Shown here one piece after another: positions 49,001 to 61,168 of a DNA stretch of 64,000 nucleotides (position 1 is its first letter; each line of letters begins with the position of its first letter). A program made the position numbers and the translations under genes. Location of the stretch: the NCBI GenBank assembly GCA_036172245.1, contig JAYWIR010000034.1, positions 1,674,001 to 1,738,000 on the forward strand, written 5' to 3'. The notes beneath the pieces are model-generated. The model was given only the letters and a program-made list of their open reading frames with translations. It searched no databases and was not told where the DNA came from. This DNA comes from Raillietiella orientalis. Taxonomy: Eukaryota.

Positions 49001-49571
49001 CCAATAGCTTAACAAAACAGCGAAAAAAGGTGCAGTTAGGATATTTCTAGTTTAAAACAGGAGGAAGAACAGAGTCTGGAGTGTCCGTTTTCCTGTGTCG
49101 ATGTTCATCGGGAGTTCTGCTATGAGGCTTTTTAACAACCAGATAGTGTTAAGTTTTTCCGGCAAGAGAAGATGCATTTAGCCACTGCAACACAGCGCTT
49201 GCAGACTCCTTCGGCACAGAAGTTCCCTTTCCCACGAATTTTTCATCGTAGCATATCTAGAAGTAGAATGGCCATGAACCCAGCAATCGTTTTCATCTCC
49301 TCCGGATGTCTGAGAGTATGAATGTCAGCTGTCGCACTGACACGAGCATAGTTCGCGTCGTTCCCGCGCACATCGACAGTTGCGATTTCCCGCTCCAGGA
49401 ATGAGATACATTGTAATTGAAATGTTACGATTTGCACCGAGATCCGGCCAACAGGAAACATTGTAATCTTTGGGCTTTTTAAAAAGCGAGTATGCTCATA
49501 CTACCTCAAGTTTCTGGACCATTGCACAAAAGATTATCGAAAGACAAAGCGCACTCGAAAGTATGTTATTC

Positions 49572-52500
49572 CTATCGATACATAAGCAAGACGTTCAGCT
49601 TACCTTGTTTCCGTTCTCTCAAGAGAAAAAAGCAGCTGATCATCAGATATACTGACACAAGAGACAGGAACAGACAAAATAAAAACGGAGCATCATGCTT
49701 GCCGTACGCGTCGTACATTAAACCTGAAAATAAAAAGTGGCTCAATAAAGAAGCCACAGATTGAAACCATTTCTGGCTAAGGCGTTCCTCAGGAAGAACT
49801 GGAGCTTCCTCATTCCGCATAGCGTTCTTCATACTGACTTCTGCTAACTTCTAGAATTGAAGAATCTGGTTCTCCTACAGTGAATGGAAGCAACTTTAAT
49901 GCGCGTTTCCACACGCTCTCAACAGCTTGCGGGAGCAACTGCTCTGGTCATGAAGAAACTGGGCTCCAATGACTTTGACTTCCTTGAAAGTCGAGGAGAT
50001 CAAGAAATATCCCACGAGTCATCTGATTTACTGCAACCAAAATTAGTGCAACAGTTACGAAGTTTTCAGACGCCGTGTTTCCAGCACAAAGCTCCTCTCT
50101 TCAGGAGACTCGTCGCTTGAGAAAAATGAACGTTCTCCTCCTTTCAAAGCACACGGAGGGAGATGCGAAATCTGCATGATTACATGAAAGCACACGAAAC
50201 AGGAAACGCTTCAAAACCGCTCGGTACAATCCCGATTTAGAATGCAGGAAAGGATGGGAGGTACGGCAACAGGGTGCGTTTCCATGTGAGAAACTCGGTT
50301 GATGTGTTTGAACAGCGAGTTGAGCTTTGACTTGAGAAGAGTTTGCAGGTATAGTCGGGCGTTTGGATTATTCGCAGATGCTGAGATGCTCTGAAAGAAG
50401 CCTGGCTAACTCTACGTTTTTTGCACAGAGGATACCTCTACGGTATCCTCTATGCAAAAAACTCCTTGACAACTAGAGAACCTGCTTTCGAAGAGCGCAC
50501 CTTGTGGTCCAGCATCTGTCATACAGCTTAATGGTTATTGTTGCACAATTATGATCTAATTAAATTGATATGACCGTTCGGAACCATATTGCAGTTTCAG
50601 CAGTCAAGCATTATCCAAGTTATAGAGCGAGATGTGATAAGAAGGGCAAAAATGCCAAATACGAGAAGAGGAACACCAGACCTTCGAAATCTTGAAAGGA
50701 CTCGTGATGAAAGATATAGGGATCAGGAACTGCGGAAGGATCCCCGCCTGGACGTATCGCTACATCTTGAGGAAGATTGACGACTACGTCCAGACAAAAG
50801 AAACGATCCCACCCTGAACCCAAACTTCAAAGGATGCACAAGTGTGAAAGTGAAAGTAAAGTAACGAACAGTGCAAAAACAGTGCAGTTGTTAGTGGTGA
50901 AAACATTGAAAGGACAGAGAAGAATGTTGGAGAATGTTGTTCGTTGAACGTCAAAAGTTTGTTTTAATAAATTCACTCAACAGCTTGTCGGACCTGGGGA
51001 CAAATCCCAGTTAGAGGGCGACTAGATCCGCTGCTCATCCGAATACCAGATTATATGTTCTCAAATAAAGGACGCATCAATCAAATGGAGAAAGGGGAGG
51101 GGAAAGGAGGGGAAGAACAGCGAATGTTGCAATTGGATGACCTTAAATACGACGGACGCCATCCATGAGGAATTCCTGTTGCATTAGAATCCAGGTTTCG
51201 TGTTCCTTCTGGTCAGACCAGCATTGAATAGCCAGGATTCTTCATTAAACAAAACCCTTGATAAGAGGTAAATAGTTGAACGGGAGGATTCCAGAGATGT
51301 GAGACACGCAGAGAGAATTTCAACGACGGTGCTCAAACGAATGCATCCCACACTGCCACAAAAGTGTACGAATTTCCTCCAATCAATATTCAAATTTTGT
51401 TGCATTTGCTCGCCCTCAAAAGAGCACGGTCTTACACGGTCGATGAAGCTATGCATAGTTTTTGTGTACTCTCGTTGTCTTTGGAGGAAGGAGAAACTGT
51501 TTTTCATTACAATCCATGGCCATGAAATGGAACCTCTTACGAAAGATAGTTTGCTAATACAAAATCATTCATCGGTCCAATTTCCGGTCCACCCAGTTAA
51601 GTATAAGCATCCAATGGGGTAAGTCTGGGAAAAGCAGACAGCAAAGAGGCAAGGAAACCAAGCGGCTTCTCAAGGAGAAGGCTTCTGAGTCACTGAAATT
51701 CTTCATCTGAATGTCTCGAAGCATTCTTTTCATCTTGTTGGCTCTACAAAATGCCGGAAGAAGTTTCAATGGTGCTCCAACGTATCTCTGACTACCAGAG
51801 GCCATGCATACGCTTAGAACGGAAAGCACACATAAACACGATTCCTCCGCAAACGTTCTCGACTGTAATATTGCCCGTGCTAAAAGCTTGCTCGTAAGAT
51901 TCCTCGTCAAAAGACTCACATCGCAACCGCAGTGTTTTAAAAAGCACATGGCAGTAAGCAAAACCTGATTAAATGAATGAAGCCAAATATCAATGAAGAA
52001 TTCTTCGATGCGCTTTCGGTTCTCATATTTCGATGGCAACATTCAAGAAATCAAGCAGACAAAAAATCTTCCACAGGTTGAGTTCAGGAAGAAGAAAAAA
52101 TGGAGATTTATCGCACATCCTATAGGAAGCGGGATTCACTGTCTAGGGTGCACGTGAGCTGAGCACCATGCCGAGTTTCAGCTTTCCCATTCGAATGTAC
52201 ATAGGTGGGGTCGAATGGAAGTGCTGTGCATTTAGATGAATGGTTAAACAACCCAACATAAGGGAGTCTGATCATTCGGGGTGCGGACGTGCTTGCGACC
52301 TGAGAATGAGAATGAGAACTCGCTTTCGTGCTGTTCAGAAGTTAGAAGAGGAAGAAAGACATGCAAGGAACACACGGGTGTTTCAGCAATTATGACTGCC
52401 CTATCATGTATTCGGATTTATTTACTTTTATCGAAACTTAGGAGAGGAAAGAGGTAGCCATTACCTGCTACTGGCGTGCTGATGAGCCCTCCAAATCCCC

Positions 52501-55500
52501 AAGACAATGCCAGCATTCCGTAAGCAGACGACAGGCGTTCAATCCCCAACATGTTCACGAGACTTATACTTGTCAAGGAGATCCCACTAGCTAGAAAGAC
52601 AAGCAAAGAACAAAATGAAGCGCAAGTAACCATCAGGAGAAACAAACAGGCAAGTGAAGTTTACCCATGGCTATTCCAAAAACGAATGCAAGACAAGCAT
52701 AATGCCATAGCTCCCTCCCACATGCTAGCACTCCTCCGATGCAAACGCCTGCAAGAAACAGTCCTAAAGCATGCATGAGAATGGAGTTTTCTTGCAAGCG
52801 ATCTGCCGCCAATCCTAGAAGTATCCTTGCTAAAGAGTTGGTGATTCCAGTAACAGATATAATTATTCCAGGGGCTTCCACGTTCAATCCCTAAATACAT
52901 TACAAATAAACATAAATATAAAAGAATGTTTTGAAATACAACCACTCTGGAGTAGTTGGATTTTCACTGTCGCGTCATTAGTAACCCAACACCAAATAAA
53001 TAGGAAGTAGATGAAAGACCATCTCCAATCTCACCTGTTTAAGCATATAATTGGGTAAATACACATAAAAAATGGGAAACGACATCCAAAACAAGAAATG
53101 TGCCGAAAAGAACAGAACGAATGGGAGGAAGTACATCACTCTGAAGTCCAGGAGTTTCAATAATAGTTCTTTGGCCTGCTCTAAGACGGGAACTACGAAG
53201 AGACCGACGTACATTTCAGGATGTGATTTCCCCTACCTTCTGACTCCTTTTTTTGTGCGATCACATTCGAAATCATTGTCCTCATCATCTGGTTATCGTA
53301 AGATTCCAATAATTCCCGGTTCATCAAACTTGCATTAAGGAGTCCTGCATCTTTTGCGGAAATCACAGTAGTAATGCTGTCCTTTTGCAAAAAATAGATG
53401 GTAGAAAAGGGTAAGTCATCCAGGTCTCTACGAAACTCTTTTTAATACATCAAGACTCCAGCAGTCCAGCTATGCTATTCCTTCAGCCGCTACCCTGTTT
53501 ATGGGAATACCTTTCCCCAGCTGATGAAATCCTGGTTTTGTGTTCTCCGCTAGCTAAAGAAGACTTTGTTGAATCCAAAGAAATCTTCCTCAACAGAAAT
53601 TCCATTACTTTTTGTTCTTCAGAAACGCTTGCATTCACCACTGAATCATATTTAAAAGCCATTAAAAGATTTTCGCAATTCAAAAATCAACCTTCATAAT
53701 CCTTGTTGAGACCATTTTCCGAGGATACGTCTACCACATCACGTGACTTGTCAGGTTCTTTACTCTCAAGTAGGATATGAGATGACGCTTTGCTTTTCCT
53801 GTCACTGGGAGGCGTTGCAGCTTTGTTCGTCTGCGCAAATTTTAACACTCTTTCGATCCGTGGATCATCCTCTCGCGCGACAATCACGGTCTTGTGCTTC
53901 GCAGAGTCACTGTAGTTGGTGATTGTCTTCTCTCCCTTCGTTGTTACTGCAGTGTCATTCTGCAAGGCTTTCATCGTTTCTTTCAAGGAAAGGGTCGTTC
54001 TCGAAGCTTCAGACAAAACACTGTGTGTATTTGAAGGAGTCTGCTTCCCGGAAAGTGAGATCACATCATAAGGAAACATTGGCACTCGTTCTGTGTCATT
54101 ATTAGATCGAGAAGGAGAAATAAGATCTTCTTTAGTATTAGAAAATCTGGTAGATTTTTTTGGGTCCCCCAAATGGAAGATATCCTGCCGAACAAATGGG
54201 CTCATGTCTTTTTTCGTAACGGAAACAATCTTCCGAAGCGCTGATGGCTTTGGGGAAATTTCCGCTTCCATACTACCGAAGGTCTTTCTCTCTGCTAAAT
54301 CCTCAACTTGTCCTTGGCTTGCAGCTAATTTTTCCAGCTGTTCTTTTTTAGCTGGTACGGATTCTATATTGAATTGTAACATTTTCAAGGGTCTCATCAA
54401 ACTTCCTGTGACCTTGAACTTATTAGTCTTTTCCTTATGGATCTATTTTCATATTTACCACTGCATTCAACAGCATACTTGCTAACACAAGCATCGTGCC
54501 TTTCAAGCCATAGTGAGGGATAAGAAATGAACCAATGAGCTGTGGAAATAAAAATGTTCCTGTTCCTGAACCACTTAAAGTTAAACCAACTGCAAGTGCA
54601 CGAGAATTTTGGAAGTATTGACTGCTGAGGATGATACTTGGCATTCCGATACAACCAAATCCGATTCCTAACGATTGGAAGAGATCATTAAATCCCTGCT
54701 GCTCGTATTGGAGTCTTTCAGGAGAGCGGTCTGCTTTATCGAACCGATTAATTAGCTCATACATCGGACTGTTTGATCTCTTCGAGGTTAAGGAGATCAA
54801 ACCAGTTCTAAAAAGCATTCTTTCATGGAAGAAAGAACACGCAAAAGGCAATCGAAGTATGTGATACATTCCAAATCCATGATATTCTAATTGTTTTTTT
54901 TAAAGAATTTAAACATTGCATGCTGCCACTGTATGGATCAGTTATTGAATTTCCAAAAGCATAAAGCATGATCTGCATTTGTCTTTCTATGTGCATTAGA
55001 AGGAAGATGAACAAACGATGGAAATACAAGGACTGGATAAGTGTGGCGCGAAAACCAGTACAAAAGACATTAGACATGGCATTATTTGAAAGTAAGCAAA
55101 ACGAATGGCAAATTTCGCTATGAAAAGTACCTATAAATGTATTTGAATTTTTATCAAACAAGCCCATTTATCAACATGAAGCACACTCCTAGAATGTTTA
55201 GAGTTATGTTTAAAGTGCAAATTCGTAAAGATGACGGAAAAAGGCATCTGCAATGAAACCTATCTGTAAGAAGATCAAGAAAATCACATAATTCTTGTAT
55301 GTGCATACAAAGCCCTGGGAGAAAGTGACTTAATTGAAATTCCGTTTAGCATTTAATCAAACACTAATGTCATGCACGAACGCATTGATTAATGAAGTGA
55401 AAAGATTGATGAGATCTCTGAATAGTATGCACAATCCAGATTGCAATACGTAATGATGATAACAGGATCCATAGCCAGCAACAACCTCTGATACGAAAAT

Positions 55501-58500
55501 CATCATTGCCTAAATTTCTATAGATAGAGTTAGCCTCTCATTCACTGAAATCTATCCACTCAGTGCAAAACGGTTGGCTGATTTTCTCAAACTTCCTTCG
55601 GACACAGGGAAACATGGAAACAGCAATGATGATACTAAAGAGAAGCATATGCCTATTTTTGAAAGAAATAGTGGTATCACTTTGATTTGCAAATGAGATG
55701 CAGAGAATATCAAAGGAAAAATAAGACTCCGGTACTGTAATAATCTGTTTAAACGGTCAAAAGAACAGGAGGTGAAAGCTAACGTGTGTGATGCCGGGAA
55801 ACGGCTCGAATGCAATTTTTTTCGCACAAGGTCCTGAAATAGCCATTCGAAGCACATAGTTCTCTGGGATCAGGCAAATGCTTCCAAAGAAGGAAGCAGA
55901 CTCTTTGGGAGTGGATCGCATGCTCACCAACAGGCACATCAAGATAATTGAAACAAAGCACATGGAATTATACAAAGATCCTTGTTTAATCATTAGAAAG
56001 AAGCCATCTCCACAATGAAGCATTCTGGGAGAATACCGCAACTCAAAGTCGAGGTGAAAAAAAAAAGGAAAAAGAAAAGACAATATCCATCTATGAGCGT
56101 TTCTGAGAGATCAAAACCTCAAGATACCTTTTTCCTTTCTGGAATTAAAATCAGGCAAATCGAATTTGAGGAATACGTTATGACCCATTCCAGACACTCT
56201 CTTGTAAAAGCAAGGAGAGAACTATGTTTGGTGAAGAAACGCACTAAACAGAAACTAAGGAACTCGAGGTGATTGGATACGATAACTTGCTTGCTGTACA
56301 CCAAGAACAAGCAAGAAAGACATTCAAATTGAGAGCGAAACAGCAAAAATCATTTCTAAAGCAAAACAACATTCGCAATGTTATACATATTCGCCATATT
56401 TTAAATCGTTATTCTGTCGAAAGCTCATGTGATGGTTTCTCCCGACTCTTGTACCTGTCTTTGGTATGCTCTTATGGAAAGTCTTCAGATTACCAATGAG
56501 TACTTTTCATGCTTTCTAATTTTCCGTTTCTTTAGCTTCACTTGTAATGTGTCTTCGAGGAAGAAAGTTGATTTGAAAGAAGAATCGATTTCAATAGAGA
56601 TCAAGATAAGATCAATCACGAAAATAACTTTCTTTCTCATTTTTTTTTATCCGGTTTTTCCCGCATTTCCTGATCCTCCAAGTTCCTTGGAAGAGGATAG
56701 ACAATTAAAATTATTAATAATTCGGCTCTTTCTGCACGATGGAGGATGGGGGTAAGGGGGGTGGGGAGGGAGAAATCTGCAGTGCACATAAGCTCTCAAA
56801 GTGATGAGTTACACTGTGTGACTGGGATTATCTGATCAACATAATAACATCATATACATATGTTGAAAGCATCCCTTGGGAATGCATCGAAGTAACATCT
56901 AGAGAACTGTCAACTCAAAAACTGAATACCAACCTGACAGCAAGCCATACGCCAACAAAAAGCACGTTAAGGAGTTGTACCATAAAGAAGCATATGCCAT
57001 TAGGAATGCAGTAAATGAAATGATTGATCCGGTGACACAAACTAAACGGCATCCGGCCACATGTATAAAAGCACCAACTAACGGACCTATAAAAGGGAAA
57101 CAATATCAAACATGGGTGCTATTATACTACACTGTTACTTTTACAATAGCACTTTGATCCATTTCTACGATCTAAAGCGAGGTGGTATAATTCGCTATTG
57201 ATTAAGTATCATCAGTAGCATCATCAGCAACTAAGATGCCAATGATTTCCCAAAATGAAAAAATAGGTCTTTCTGTAGTTTTGAAGGATGCAGCGCAAAA
57301 ACATCAAATCGAGACAAGAAAGAAAGAATTACGCGTACATCAACTCTTGAAAGCATTATATTACCAAGCTAACTGCTGAACATACCGGAAGTCACAATAA
57401 CCTTTAAAACAATAGCCTTTGCTGCAAAAGGTTTTTCCTTTTCGGCAACAGATTTCTGGCATACTGATTTCATAATGGACCTGAGCACCCGTCTCTACTG
57501 CTGTTTTCTTTCTCCTTAACGCTCTTTTTGCTGTTTATTTGTAGGAGAGTAGGGTCGCTGGGTCGCTCGCGGAGAGGTATCGGGTTCCGCTTTTAGTACA
57601 TGTACCGCAGAAGCAGGTACATGTACTAGAGCTGGAGGGGACGTTCTGAGAGCTCGTCGGAACCGCCAGCGTCCAGCAGCCGGAACCATCCCTCGTTCTG
57701 GAGACTTCGGTCCGGAGCGGCGCACGGGTCTCGGCTGCGTGTGGCGGGCTTCGCAGCAAGAGGAGGGAGGTCACGTGATCCCGAAAACACAGCGCTTTAC
57801 ACGAGTTTAGAAAGGGGTGGGATCGAAATGTGTTTGCGAGAAAATGGGAAATCCAAGGAGTATGCGTAAGGAAAATACAAGACACACAGAATCTTATACA
57901 CTGTGCGTTTTCAAAGAGGAGAGAGCATTGTACATTGGCTCTACAAATTTCGTGTACAAACAGGAAAAAGGCCAGCTCTTGTGAGATACTCCCTGATCGT
58001 GTCTTCAAATCGCACGAACAAGTGAACTGAGGCTGGGCATTGCTTTTCACTCGCAAGTGTATATGGCTAAGCTATGTGTGATCACATATCTGAGTGAGTA
58101 GCTCAGGTCAGATTTCAGAATTTCCCTTGGGCCCACAGGTGACGTGCAGTCCCTGAGTCCCTTGTTTGGAAGCGAAGGTCGAGCAGGGAGAAGCTAAGTT
58201 GCTGTCTCCTTCTGAGCAGCACAGCCCAGGAAGCGAGGATCACGCACTGTCATGGAATGGCAACGAAAAGTGAGGAGGCATCCACCTCGGTGTTCTTCTG
58301 AGTTCTAGAACAGAGTCCAAACACCCATGAAAACGAATGCGTTGTTGCTTAATGCAAAAACTACAACTTTAGGAATACAGGATTCAATACAAAAATCAAA
58401 TCCTGTATTCGTAAAGTTGTAATTGCGAGTACAGATTTTTCCCCTGTTGTATCGGTTCCTCTCTAATACCCAAAGCAAAATTTTGACTGACAGGTGGTAC

Positions 58501-61168
58501 AAAGAAGAAGAAAAAACATCAAAAACTGCACTGAGGAGGTGCAATAAAGTAAAGCCACACATACTCTATCAACACGATATTTGAAATAGTTTTTTTTTTT
58601 TTCTTTTCTGCTTCATGATTATTATTTGTCATCTCTGCTTCTGCGATAATAAACCAGGTGTTTCCGAGTCCTGGGTCGTTATGGATGAGTGCTTTTAATG
58701 ATGGCTTCATTTCATCAGCTGGTTTTTACCATCTTATCAAAATTAATGATCAGTTCTGCTCGTACCCTTACTTAAAAGCAGTCTTGCAAGCCGGTTAAGG
58801 AAAAATCCAATCATCTGAAAATGTGGCAGTCGGTCCGCAGTTCGCGTTTTCGCTTCAAGCACTTTCATTCTCAGGTGCACCTGTGTGCACCATGTGGTGC
58901 ACGAACAACACCATGAATCCAAATGCCTCTTCGGGGTCAACTTATGCTACAACTCAACTTGGTTGTCGAATGCACATCTGCCTTCGACAGAGCAGATTAG
59001 TAGCTCGTGCGGTCTTTTCACATGGCCTGCGTGTTTGACTTTGTTGCAGATCATCTCTTTTCAGGGCAAAAGCTTCCAGATGCACGTCCACTCCGATCTC
59101 TCCTCGTTGCTACGAGGGGCGGAAGTTGCTTATCAAACCATCGGACGGAAAGGGAGGATTTTCGCTCCTCATATATCCTTAGTGTCTTCTCCCTTATTTC
59201 GTGGGCTGCTTGTGCCATCGTGATGCACCGAGACGAAGAGATGCTCTTTTTCTCCTGCAAACCAAAGTTTCCTGTAACTGCAGTGGACACAGATTTATGC
59301 CGTCATCTCCCAGATGAAAATTAGCAGCTCAAGTCGATACGCACATTTGTGCCGAGTCAGGTTCAACATCCTTAACGATCACAGAAAGGACTATGAAAGC
59401 ATCAGAAAGAGTTCTCAGCCGGGGAAACTTTTCCTTTTGCCCTCTTTTGGTACATTCACTAACTCCTGATTTTCTTCACATCCACAGATCCCGTTCACTG
59501 TATGCATACTCTCTGTAAGCAGGACGATTTGTCCTAGGGGAGTTGCCCTTCCTCATACTTCGAGGAAACTGTTGAGAAATGACTGGTTTCTCTGGAGCTT
59601 CCTACTGAAGGAAGGTGAGTATTCCCCAAACTGTTAGTTTCCTTTCCTCCTGAGTGCTTGGCTTAAAAATTCGACGGTACATTGGAAGGTATTTATTGCC
59701 CGTCAACCTTTTTTTCGCGGTCTGTGTGCAGGTAATTACGATTCCTTCATCTTTTCGGTGCATTCGTTTTCTCCTCAGCTTTTGTGTTCTCAGACGGGTT
59801 CTCAGTCCTTCATTTTTTTTCCCTTCCGGTCGGAAGAATCCCTTTTTATGAATCGGATTGCCGGTCGGGAACGGATCACATCACGTGCGCCTTCCGTTTC
59901 GGTCCTTAGCAGCAGCGGCATGAAACCGTTACTCTCGATCCCAGTTGACAGCGTGGATCCTTTGCTTCCCTTCATCTGACATGTTAATCTTCACGTTCAC
60001 CTCCACATCTTCGAGGAATGTGACGAACCTGTCCCGTTCGGAACTGATGCCACACCTGGGTCTTCTGCGTTTCTGACGCCGAGTTCCTTAATATCTTGTG
60101 GTGATTTGAAAAAACCACAACTTCCGCAGATCCCTCACTCTCCTAATGGATTAAATTTATTAATGAGATGCATTTTTTCGTAACCGAGAGGAACCCGTTC
60201 TTCGTGACCATAACCGGTGCGTCGTTCTTTCTGGGGTGCGGATGACACGGATTGACACGAAGGACACGGAATGGACGAATCGGGTGTTTCTCATCGGCTG
60301 AGAACGGACTCTGAGGTGTGTCCGGTTCGGTACAACTGGACTCGAATGCCAAAACTCCCCGTGGAGGTGAACATCGACAACGTGTCTGTGATTCCAAGAA
60401 AAGCGGCGGTCCTCCTTTCTTTTTCTGCAGCAATGGAATTCGGCTTGCTCGTCCGCTTGGTGACCATCCGGAAGAAAGGCCTGGGGAACACTTCCTCGCC
60501 CCTAAAAGTCAGCAACAGCGTTCCGGATGATAGAAAGAGGCTCGTGAGCCTCTTTCTATTAGGGAACATTGGTATTGACTTTTGTACTCTGACGATGAAT
60601 TACGTTATTGAAACACTGAAAACACGCCGGAATTCTGCTCGTTACGCTGTAATGTCAGCAATTACGCAAAACACTTTAGTTGCCTTCAAGACGGTACAAA
60701 AAGCATTCTAAGGAACTGTTCGTGATTTCATCGATGCGCAAGGATACAACTCATCGTTTGAACAATCTTGGTTCAAATGTACAACAGTATCGTACAGAAA
60801 GTCTTGTAAAGACCACGATAGCAACAGTTAGTTCATAGAATTCTTTATCCTATTTACATTGCCCGACACCCTTGGTTACCTGCTATGTTAATACAGAATC
60901 CTTGCAAACTTCCCACAAGAGCAATTTTCGCTGGGGGATCATCAAAGTATTCTTGCAAGGCTTTCATAGTAAATCCAAAGGAGGTACTGATACCGTCCAT
61001 TATTAGGAAATTCATCATCCCGCTGAGAACTACGATCCAGCCCCAGCCTCCGTCCGGAGGTTTCGGGATAGTTGTCACAATGATCTTGGCGTCCTCGTTC
61101 ATGATTTCCTCCAAGGAAAGAAGCGTGTCTTTCACATCAATTCGGGTGTGGGTGCTCCCTGCGTTCAT
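49572..61168 (-). CDS. Monocarboxylate transporter family (SLC16/MCT, MFS) protein with large central cytoplasmic loop, about 780 aa
   Basis: ATG at 61168 in GCCACG-ATG context with an upstream in-frame TGA. Exons 61168-60880, 57086-56934, 54667-54459, 54412-53692, 53640-53511, 53427-53237, 53180-53035, 52890-52665, 52590-52465, 49723-49572, with all phases consistent. Signature PPDGGWGWIVV, GPLVG..GCR, QYFQNSRALAVGLTLSGSGTGTF, LMRPL, ARILLGLAAD, ERLSSAYG and STPVAGLMYD. The last exon is ambiguous (see findings). Confidence 0.93.
50416..50462. repeat. 21 bp inverted repeat with 5 nt loop
   Basis: gttttttgcacagaggatacc-tctac-ggtatcctctatgcaaaaaac; 20 of 21 Watson-Crick pairs. Confidence 0.85.
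51184..52042 (-). pseudogene. Nested coding-like unit inside MCT intron 9 (two ORFs, one frame break)
   Basis: ATG-initiated ORF 52042-51569 (157 aa) and ORF 51507-51184. A phase-compatible 62 nt intron 51540-51479 (gtaaga...aag) joins the MNDFVLANYLS frame to QREYTKT. A frameshift near 51570 is needed to connect to the first ORF. No homology recognised. Confidence 0.3.

Noticed and set aside
55590..56350. Purine-rich plus-strand stretch in MCT intron 2 resembling a decayed ORF
   Set aside because: Multiple stops, no motif and no consistent exon chain.
58095..58200. tRNA/SINE-like A box (tagctcagg) and weak B box
   Set aside because: No cloverleaf, poor B box and no second copy in the window.
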